Below, one piece after another: positions 56,486-64,000 of a stretch of DNA of 64,000 bases. The DNA is from Candidatus Thorarchaeota archaeon (GTDB taxonomy: Archaea > Asgardarchaeota > Thorarchaeia > Thorarchaeales > Thorarchaeaceae), in contig SDNP01000004.1 of assembly GCA_004524445.1 (NCBI GenBank), positions 1 through 64,000 of the forward strand. The letters run 5' to 3'. A program made the translations under genes and the position numbers. A model generated the notes under the pieces. That model saw only the letters and a program-made list of their open reading frames with translations. It made no database searches and had not been told where the DNA came from. How positions within the stretch are numbered: position 1 is the stretch's first letter; the number at the start of each line of letters is the position of its first letter.

Positions 56486-57535
56486 CTATTTCTCGTTGGT
56501 TATACCCAGCACACCAAAATCCAGAGACTCTCTTAGGATTTTCACTACCACTGGGACCTTCTCAATGTTCTCGGTAGTAACAGTTCCAATTAGTGAATCT
56601 ACAATTTGTCCAGTAGTATAGGTGTCGTAACCCGTCATCATTATGGGAACCTCCTTCTCTCTCGCCTGAGCCAGCGTTCGAATATTGGGACCCATACCAC
56701 CTGTCAGAATGAGGAGATTTGTGTCAGTTTCCATAGCCGCCATACAGATATCTGCTCTATCTCCACTGGTGATTACTGCCTTGTTCTTTGCCCTTCTGAA
56801 CCATTTTAGTGCATTCTCGGGTGCCATACTGCCCACCATGAAACGATCTACAAGGATATCTTCCTTGTCTTCACCAACAACCATTTGTCCGTCTAGTGCC
56901 TTCAGAATCTCTTGAACACTAGGAGCAAAGAGCTCACGATTCCTATAGATTGAACCTAAAAAGTCCATGTCACTGGATTTAATGAATTCTCTTATGCTTC
57001 CAGAAACAATCGTCTTTAGCATAGGGGGAACCATATTGAGGGCTATTGTCAAATCCTTGACATTGTGTCTGAGAAAGAGATCCTTTTGGAGCAATACGTC
57101 ATCAATGGCTGTGACATCCTGAAAATTCACAAGGCAGATAGCCTTTGCACCAAGCTCTTCAGCAATCTGAGGGGTAGAGAGATTCACATGGAGAAGATGC
57201 CACGGAGCTTCTGTACCTTCGATCAATACTATATCTTTCCCATCGGACACGTTACTATACGCGTCCAAGATTCTACTCCGTAATTGTTTATATCCAATTC
57301 TCAATAATTCATCATAGCTTGATTTCATTCTCTCGATGGGACAAATATTGCTCAGATTGGCACGAAGGTTTAGAACCTGTTTCATCAAAGAGGCATCCGG
57401 GTCATTCGGAGCGCCTACTGGCTTGAAATATCCAACCTTCAAGCCCTGCTGCTTGGCGTATTCTGAGAGAGCTAGAGCCACCAATGTCTTCCCGGTTAGG
57501 GTCTGACCGCTTATCACGTAATTTTCCGGCATCAT
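56486..57535 (-). CDS. Phosphotransacetylase N-terminal-like protein (BioD-like + DRTGG)
   Basis: TGKTLVALAL, VGYFKPVG, IEG, TSGDRADI, LILTGG; no PTA catalytic domain. Confidence 0.85.
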   Translation of the reverse strand: MMPENYVISGQTLTGKTLVALALSEYAKQQGLKVGYFKPVGAPNDPDASLMKQVLNLRANLSNICPIERMKSSYDELLRIGYKQLRSRILDAYSNVSDGKDIVLIEGTEAPWHLLHVNLSTPQIAEELGAKAICLVNFQDVTAIDDVLLQKDLFLRHNVKDLTIALNMVPPMLKTIVSGSIREFIKSSDMDFLGSIYRNRELFAPSVQEILKALDGQMVVGEDKEDILVDRFMVGSMAPENALKWFRRAKNKAVITSGDRADICMAAMETDTNLLILTGGMGPNIRTLAQAREKEVPIMMTGYDTYTTGQIVDSLIGTVTTENIEKVPVVVKILRESLDFGVLGITNEK

Positions 57536-59652
57536 TTTTCACCTCCAATTGTAATTTTGACATCAACAGCAGATACACCTTTGCCTTTCTCGTAAGCAAA
57601 GGCCGGATTAATGTCAAGTTCCACAATTTCTTCAAAATCGGTGACAAGCTGACTGATTCGTAGAATAGTATCTTGAATTGCCACTATGTCGCTTGGCGGC
57701 TCCCCTCGTACACCCTCAAGCAAAGTGCCAATTTTGGTTTCTTTCATCAGTTCACTAGCATCACTTCTTGTCATGGGAGCGAGCCGAAAGGCAATATCCT
57801 TCAAGTAGTTTACAAATATGCCGCCAGCTCCAAACATTATGAGCGGCCCAAACTGAACATCCCGCGAGCATCCAATTATCAGCTCTTTTCCTTCTTCAGC
57901 CATCTCCTGCACATCCACACCATAGATGATGGCTTTGGGCATATGTTTCCGAGCGTTCTCAACGATTTCAAGAAACGCCGCTTCTACTTCTCGAGGTGTT
58001 TTGAGACCCACCTTAATACCGCCAATGTCGCTCTTGTGGACAATATCAGGACTAGCAATTTTTAACACCACAGGATATCCGAGTTCCTCTGCTTTTGCTG
58101 TGGCCTCCTCAGCACTGGTTGCCAGTCTGATTTTAGCTACAGGAATACCATAGCATTCCGCAATCGCATGAGCCTCACTGCCCAACAGAACTCGTCTTTC
58201 ATCTTCGCGAACCTCCTGTATGATCTCCTTCACTCTGTCAGTATCAGCTTTATACTTGGGTATTGATTCATCCTTCACGCTATCTCTATTCAATACATAT
58301 TGATAGAGCTCAGCCAACGCATTAACAGCACGTTCCGGAAAGTCAAAGACTGGAATTCCTCCGTCTGTCAGGACAATTCTGGGATATACCATTGAATTGC
58401 CACCCATGAATACAGCAAGCAGCGGCTTGTCCGGATATTTTTTGTGAGATTCAACAATCACTTGTGCAGTTTCTGTTTCTTTTGTCATGGCCTGAGGAGT
58501 AACCAGTACTAATACAGAGTCAACCTTCTCATCTCGCAGAGCTGCCTCTGTGCAAAGTGCATAGTCTTCAGGTTGAGCAGTCCCAAGCGCATCAATCGGA
58601 TTGTAGACTGCTGCTGCTGGAGGCAGCTCCTCTCGCAGAAGTTCAACTGTGTTCTGAGAGAGCTCCGCAATCTCTAATCCATGTGCTTCGCATGCATCTG
58701 TGGTGATGATGCCAGGACCGCCTGCATTGGTGATAATTGCCACCTGATTTCCAGCTGGGAGATGCATATCATCAAACACGTTTGCGATATCAAAAAGCTC
58801 AGCCATACTGGTTGCTCGGCTTACGCCTGACTGTTTGAATGCGGTGTCATATGCGGTATCACTGCCTGCGAGAGATCCCGTGTGCGATGAAGCCGCTCTT
58901 GCCCCAGCTTGACTTACCCCAGACTTGATCACAAAGATGGGCTTCTTTTGAACTACTTTCTTGCACACATCCATAAATTTCCGTCCATCAACTACGGATT
59001 CAATATAGAGCAGAACAAATGTTGAATCAGGGTCTCTTCCAAATGCCTGAATCAAGTCGGCTTCATCAAGTTGTGCCTTATTTCCCAGACTGACAAATTT
59101 GGAAAATCCAATTCTTTCCATGAGACTCCAATCTAGAATTCCCGTCATCAGAGCACCCGACTGAGATGCAAATGCGATTGTACCCTTTGAGGGTGTTCCT
59201 GCAGAGAATGAAGCATTGTAGGGCGCATGAGTGTTGATTATTCCGAGACAATTCGGACCCAGCATAACCATCCCGTGTTCTTCTGCAACTTTTGCTATTT
59301 CCTTTTCAGCCTCTGCTCCTTCATGTCCAATCTCTTTGAATCCGGCAGTTATGATTACCAATGCCTTGACTTCTTTTTCAGCGCATTGCTTAACAACGGT
59401 CAGAACGTATTTGGCAGGAATGACTATAACAGCCATATCAACATCGCTAGCAATATCATTTACAGCTCTATATGCCTGATGTCCAAGAATTTCTCCAGCT
59501 TTTGGATTGACTGGATAGATTCTGCCGCCGAATCCGCTATCGATGAGATTTCGCATCACATCGTTGCCAAGTTTTCCCTTTGTTGCGGATGCGCCAATCA
59601 CTGCAATCGATTTTGGATCGAACATCACATCAATTCCTTTTTGTCTGTCCAA
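57532..59652 (-). CDS. acdAB: ADP-forming acetate/acyl-CoA ligase, fused alpha-beta
   Basis: PKSIAVIGAS, GPNCLG, SQSGA, SHTGSLAG, NAGGPG, HKSDIGG, ELDINP motifs. Start approximate. Confidence 0.9.
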   Translation of the reverse strand: MDRQKGIDVMFDPKSIAVIGASATKGKLGNDVMRNLIDSGFGGRIYPVNPKAGEILGHQAYRAVNDIASDVDMAVIVIPAKYVLTVVKQCAEKEVKALVIITAGFKEIGHEGAEAEKEIAKVAEEHGMVMLGPNCLGIINTHAPYNASFSAGTPSKGTIAFASQSGALMTGILDWSLMERIGFSKFVSLGNKAQLDEADLIQAFGRDPDSTFVLLYIESVVDGRKFMDVCKKVVQKKPIFVIKSGVSQAGARAASSHTGSLAGSDTAYDTAFKQSGVSRATSMAELFDIANVFDDMHLPAGNQVAIITNAGGPGIITTDACEAHGLEIAELSQNTVELLREELPPAAAVYNPIDALGTAQPEDYALCTEAALRDEKVDSVLVLVTPQAMTKETETAQVIVESHKKYPDKPLLAVFMGGNSMVYPRIVLTDGGIPVFDFPERAVNALAELYQYVLNRDSVKDESIPKYKADTDRVKEIIQEVREDERRVLLGSEAHAIAECYGIPVAKIRLATSAEEATAKAEELGYPVVLKIASPDIVHKSDIGGIKVGLKTPREVEAAFLEIVENARKHMPKAIIYGVDVQEMAEEGKELIIGCSRDVQFGPLIMFGAGGIFVNYLKDIAFRLAPMTRSDASELMKETKIGTLLEGVRGEPPSDIVAIQDTILRISQLVTDFEEIVELDINPAFAYEKGKGVSAVDVKITIGGEK

Positions 59653-59924
59653 TTTCCTACACAACCTCATGACAGTTAGATTCGTGCTTTTGGGGCAATG
59701 CATGAGTGATATAACTCATTGCCTAACGGCCGTGTAGGGAGGATGATTTCTACCACTAAAAAACTATGTTTCCTTCACCTCATCTCTTTGGATTGATGAG
59801 GGTATCTACCCAGTATTACTCACTTCCATATTTATGTATGACCCAGGTGTTACTTAGATGAATACCTCGGTAGGCTCAATGTAGTACTGCCGAAATCTTC
59901 ACAGAGAGATAATTGGTGGAAAAA

Positions 59925-60065
59925 ATGAAACTTGTAACACTACATGTCCCAGAAACCTACATCGATGGATTGGAGAAATTGGTTGACAGCAATCTCTATC
60001 CCAATAGATCTGAGGCAATTCGTATAGCAATCCGTGACCTGCTTAAAAGAGAGCTCTGGGGTTAG
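59925..60065 (+). CDS. Ribbon-helix-helix (CopG/CdrS-like) regulator, 46 aa
   Basis: Translated by hand: MKLVTLHVPETYIDGLEKLVDSNLYPNRSEAIRIAIRDLLKRELWG; GGTGG RBS; absent from the ORF track. Confidence 0.88.
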   Translation: MKLVTLHVPETYIDGLEKLVDSNLYPNRSEAIRIAIRDLLKRELWG

Positions 60066-60388
60066 ATTCAGCCTTCACCTAGGACCGCCTTCGTGTGAGA
60101 AACGCCACGAACCTGTATGGCTGAGCGTCCACCCCGCCCTTTCATTTATGCAGAGTAATGAGATACAAGTGCAGGTCAAGATTTGATTTTGACTACCGGC
60201 CTAGTAATGGGCAATTATTTCAGAACTGAATTTTGTTGATTGCGATTTTCCAAATTAGTTGGTTGAATATGGACCTATCCAGCAAAAACAGCAAATCTTC
60301 ATTGTGTCTACCTGAATTGCTTTAACTGGATAAATGATTACATTCATGTAAATTGCAATTTTGCTTTCCCCGTCAGGAGAAACCATTC

Positions 60389-61363
60389 ATGGACTCAGAT
60401 GTCAAAGAAAAAATGAAACAACACAAGACCATCAGAGTTATTCGTGGTTGCCCTTGTTTCAAAGTCTTCGGTGATGAAAAGCTCTGTGTCAATGACGACA
60501 GCATTTTGGAACTTGATGTTATGGAGATGGATCCATCGTTCTTCAATTTACATACAACGAAAGAATCACTAGAAAAAGAGAAGGCCGATAAGGGAAATCT
60601 ATGTTATCTCTGCATATACTCCAACTATCCTGACAATAGGGTGTACTGTATTTCACAGGGTTGGAACCTTAGGATACATGGCAAGGACGTCAGAGCTGAT
60701 GAGCTGGAAGATGCAATGCAATTTCTATCAACAACTGATAAATCCGCCAGTGCAGAACTATGTAGTGATTGTCTCTATAAATTCCTCCTCACTCTGGGAG
60801 AATCTTTTACCGACATTATGTCAGAAACTGAGAAAATGGAGGAAATCAAGAAATATGTTGATGAATTCTCCATCATGATAGCAATCAAGCTGAGTGAAAC
60901 AGATGATCAGATGGGGGCAATAGGGCAATTAGAAGATAAGGGTGAAGAATTAGACCATGTTGCGATTATTCAGAGATACCTTATTCAACTTCAGGACCAA
61001 CAAAATGAATACGTGAAGATTCATGAGAGACTTGAGAGAGAGGACGCTCCGTGTTGGATATTAGATTTGATTGAGGAAAGGCAGAAACTGGCACGTCTTG
61101 AATTTCAATTTTACAGTCAAGTCCTTCTTCTGAGGAGCATTACCGATTTTCATTTGGTAATCAAAGTGCTGTATTTTATTCTGGAAACCTCTTCTAGAAT
61201 TCTTGCGCTTAACTCGGACATCCACAGCAAAATCCCTTCAGAAGAATTCATCGAGAAAAGCAAATACGACGGTGAACTGGCTATACTTTTAAATTATAAG
61301 AGCAAGGGCAGAGCTATTGAACATAACTTCGGAAACATTCTTCAAATCCTCGGAAGATTGTGA
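60389..61363 (+). CDS. Cys-rich hypothetical protein (paralog 1)
   Basis: CPCF..LCVNDD..CY..YCISQGW.LRIHG..CSDC; paralogous to the next gene. Confidence 0.75.
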   Translation: MDSDVKEKMKQHKTIRVIRGCPCFKVFGDEKLCVNDDSILELDVMEMDPSFFNLHTTKESLEKEKADKGNLCYLCIYSNYPDNRVYCISQGWNLRIHGKDVRADELEDAMQFLSTTDKSASAELCSDCLYKFLLTLGESFTDIMSETEKMEEIKKYVDEFSIMIAIKLSETDDQMGAIGQLEDKGEELDHVAIIQRYLIQLQDQQNEYVKIHERLEREDAPCWILDLIEERQKLARLEFQFYSQVLLLRSITDFHLVIKVLYFILETSSRILALNSDIHSKIPSEEFIEKSKYDGELAILLNYKSKGRAIEHNFGNILQILGRL

Positions 61364-61397
61364 AAAAGATGGGATATGAATAGGGAAGAGAGCAGTA

Positions 61398-62297
61398 ATG
61401 AAGGAGCCAAAGGCATTCGGGTTCTGCCCCTGTTATAGGGACTTCAAGGGTGAAATCCTCTGTGTTAATGATGACGATATAATAGACATCGAACCCATGA
61501 CGCTAGGCACAGACATTCTTGGATCCAATCCTACTACAGAGGAGATAGAGCGATTCAGGTGCGACGACGGCCAGACATGCTATATGTCCATTTACATAGA
61601 CAATGGCGGAGTCTATTGTTTATCTCAGGGGTGGCCTATTCGTATTCATGGGAGAGATGTGTCTGCAGAAGACTTGATCACAGCACTCAGGCTCTATTTC
61701 ATTGGCGAGATTCAACCCACTCTTGATTGTGCAACTTGCATATACGGCATCCTCCTTGCTTTAGTAATGTCAGAAGAGAAGCAATTTGACTCAATCAAAA
61801 GATACCTTGATGAGTTCTCTTTAAAAATCGCTATCAATCTGAGCGAACTAAGCTCAGTGGAAGATGAGGAAGAAATTGATTACTTCGGAATCGTCAGAGC
61901 ATATCTTGTAGATCTCCTCGAACAACAGAAATTCTGGCACAAAGCACAAAGAGGTATAGAGGAAAAAGAAGAAGATGGAGATTGGCTGAAAATTCTGGCC
62001 AGGCATATGGAAACACTTGATCGTCTGCAATTCCAGTTCTATAGCCAGGTTCTGAATATAAGAGGGACTGAGAACCAAAGAATACTGGTTAGGATGCTGT
62101 ACCATATTCTGAATACCGCGAAGGATATCTTCGAGGCAAATGATGCAGTATCAACGATAATCATGTCTGATAGAGGCACGTCATACAGAAACAATAATGA
62201 TAACGATATTGCAAATAGAATGGAAGAGTACGTTGAGAGGAGCATGACCATCGACCACTTTTTCGGGAACATTCTAGATATAATGAAGTCCACATAA
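61398..62297 (+). CDS. Cys-rich hypothetical protein (paralog 2)
   Basis: CPCY..LCVNDD..CY..YCLSQGW.IRIHG..CATC. Confidence 0.75.
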   Translation: MKEPKAFGFCPCYRDFKGEILCVNDDDIIDIEPMTLGTDILGSNPTTEEIERFRCDDGQTCYMSIYIDNGGVYCLSQGWPIRIHGRDVSAEDLITALRLYFIGEIQPTLDCATCIYGILLALVMSEEKQFDSIKRYLDEFSLKIAINLSELSSVEDEEEIDYFGIVRAYLVDLLEQQKFWHKAQRGIEEKEEDGDWLKILARHMETLDRLQFQFYSQVLNIRGTENQRILVRMLYHILNTAKDIFEANDAVSTIIMSDRGTSYRNNNDNDIANRMEEYVERSMTIDHFFGNILDIMKST

Positions 62298-62377
62298 CTG
62301 CCAATTCGGTCGCTGCAGAGTCATTATGATTCCTAGAACAGACGACTTTGACTTCTGCCATTCAAATTTCTGATTAC

Positions 62378-63328
62378 TTAGTTGTCAAATCCGTAAGTAT
62401 TGACAAGCCACTGCACATATTTCCTTACCCCATTTTCCAAGCTTGTTTTGGGTTGCCAACCCAACGACTTGAGCAGACTTATGTCAATATCCGTGATTAC
62501 AACGTCTCCTGCCCATCCCCTCTTAGAACCTGTATATTCAATCCTTGCCTCTTCCAAGTTGAGAGATTCCACTACCAATTCAGCTATGCGTGAAACCTTG
62601 AGCCGCTCACCAGAACCAATGTTTATGGGAAGATAGCCCCCATCTATATTTTGTGATACGCAGAGTGTTGCATCAACTGCATCACTGACATACATGTAGG
62701 ATTTTTCTTGACGCCCATCTCCTAGGACCTCCAATCGTGAGGGGTTTCTCTTCAGCTTCATGAAGAAATCATATATGACTCCATGCGTTGAACGAGACCC
62801 AATGATATTGGCGAATCGTAAGCTTGCACATTTAATGCCGTAGAGCGTTGAAAAGGATGAAAGATACATCTCTACAGCACCCTTTGCAGCCCCGTAATTG
62901 CTTATCGGGCGGAATGCGGTCGACTCAGGCGTGGGAAACTCATCAGTTTCACCATAGACTGTTCCTCCTGAGGATGCAAAAAGAATCTTGGCAACATCAT
63001 TCTTTCTGGATTCATCCAATAGTTTCATGCTCCCTACGACATTGATTTCAAAATCCCAATACGGTTTCTGGACACTAAGACGTACATCTGGCTGCGCTGC
63101 AAAATGCAAAACAATGTCAACATCTTCAAGAGCTCTTTCTAGGTCATCATTAGATGTTATCGATCCTTTGATGAAACGGAAGTTATCCTTGCTCATATGG
63201 GATTCAATATTGGATTTCAAGCCCCCTGAGAGGTCATCTAGTACTACTACGTCGTTCTTTTCGATCAGGGAGTCAACCAAATGACTTCCGATAAACCCAG
63301 CCCCGCCAGTTACCAGCACTCTACTCAT
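62378..63328 (-). CDS. NAD-dependent epimerase/dehydratase (UDP-glucose 4-epimerase-like)
   Basis: VTGGAGFIGSH, ASSGGTVYG, YGAAK, GDGRQEKSY motifs. Confidence 0.9.
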   Translation of the reverse strand: MSRVLVTGGAGFIGSHLVDSLIEKNDVVVLDDLSGGLKSNIESHMSKDNFRFIKGSITSNDDLERALEDVDIVLHFAAQPDVRLSVQKPYWDFEINVVGSMKLLDESRKNDVAKILFASSGGTVYGETDEFPTPESTAFRPISNYGAAKGAVEMYLSSFSTLYGIKCASLRFANIIGSRSTHGVIYDFFMKLKRNPSRLEVLGDGRQEKSYMYVSDAVDATLCVSQNIDGGYLPINIGSGERLKVSRIAELVVESLNLEEARIEYTGSKRGWAGDVVITDIDISLLKSLGWQPKTSLENGVRKYVQWLVNTYGFDN

Positions 63329-63375
63329 ATTCAAGACCTAATCACGAAAAAAAGGCGGTTGATAAATATGTATTC

Positions 63376-63978
63376 CTAGACGGAAAAACGCGGGTCTTCC
63401 AGTATTGCTCGAATAAAATCTATGGCAGAATGAGTAACTCGTTCAATATTCCACTCATCAACAAACTCACGGTATAATCTCCATTCCTCCAAAAATGCTG
63501 ACCCGATAACTCCTAGCTCTTCTTTTGTAACTGGGTCACCTTTTCCCATCCCAGAGCAAATTTCAACCAGGGCATGAAGACCCCATTTCATATCGCCATC
63601 AGAACGTTCGAACACAAATGGGAAGCTCCGGCATACACCAGGCCGAGCAGGATGAACCATACACAAATTATCCTTCAGAAACACGCAAGAATCATCTTCT
63701 AGCTTCTTAAGTGCAGGATATGCAGGTCCTCTTTCTGTTAAGACTGATGGTGTGTCTTGAAGACCCATTGGAATAGTTTCATCCTCGGGAACAACATAGA
63801 AGTCGAGAGCTCGCATCATTTGATTTGCAGAAAGTCCAAGAGCATACGCAAGCCTCGCAATATCTCTTCCATTTACCGTCACCAAAATTTGCTCGTGCCG
63901 ACAACACGCCCCACATTGTGTGCATTCAAATCGAACGTCAGTAGATATGTCTTTCCTGCTATTGCCATTCTCAGACAG
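63376..63978 (-). CDS. YkgJ family cysteine-cluster (CxxCxxCC) protein
   Basis: FECTQCGACC upstream of the called TTG; CVFL, CMVHPARPGVCRSFPF. An in-frame TAG immediately precedes CTG at 63978. Confidence 0.8.
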   Translation of the reverse strand: MSENGNSRKDISTDVRFECTQCGACCRHEQILVTVNGRDIARLAYALGLSANQMMRALDFYVVPEDETIPMGLQDTPSVLTERGPAYPALKKLEDDSCVFLKDNLCMVHPARPGVCRSFPFVFERSDGDMKWGLHALVEICSGMGKGDPVTKEELGVIGSAFLEEWRLYREFVDEWNIERVTHSAIDFIRAILEDPRFSV

Positions 63979-64000
63979 CTAGGGCACGACCTAAGAAAAA

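Noticed and set aside
56486-57535. Phosphate acetyltransferase (Pta) call
   Set aside because: Only BioD-like and DRTGG domains are present. The catalytic PTA domain is absent, and pairing with Acd is common in archaea.
125-63284. Numerous short antisense or overlapping ORFs in the track (e.g. 5418-5882, 33950-34432, 54125-54580)
   Set aside because: They are shadows of well-supported genes on the opposite strand, with no recognisable motifs.
1-64000. rRNA, tRNA, CRISPR arrays, IS elements/integrases
   Set aside because: No cloverleaf, regularly spaced direct repeats, or transposase/integrase motifs seen by eye.

Overview
Gene-dense archaeal chromosomal segment of about 62 CDSs. I saw no rRNA, tRNA, CRISPR array or transposase. 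The gene content suggests an Asgard archaeon, probably Thorarchaeia (inference): it includes a longin-domain protein, an E2F/DP-like protein, PAC2, PDCD5, ADP-forming Acd and a thiolase/DUF35 pair. Main blocks: (1) 4.5-12.8 kb, a novel-looking locus. An amidohydrolase and a CDC48-N/Ufd1-like-vWA gene are transcribed divergently from an 877-aa protein that is a full-length fusion paralog of both, with the catalytic/MIDAS residues lost. It is flanked by a HEAT/HhH repeat protein and a second vWA-wHTH-Ig protein. (2) An E2F/DP-like transcription factor (RRVYD motif, coiled coil) with a three-copy GATTTWTCGAA motif in its divergent promoter. (3) Housekeeping and eukaryote-signature-type genes at 15-30 kb. 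(4) An FGGY kinase plus a glpABC, alkyl-DHAP-synthase-like flavoprotein, Fe-S and radical SAM operon. (5) Beta-oxidation/acyl-CoA genes interleaved with an ECF, racemase, DUF1177, AroM and M20 cluster. (6) An unannotated 46-aa CdrS-like RHH gene and two tandem Cys-rich paralogs. The window also shows evidence for non-canonical (ATT/CTG/ATC) start codons and recurrent hairpin plus U-tract terminators. All family calls come from motif recognition by eye, not database searches.
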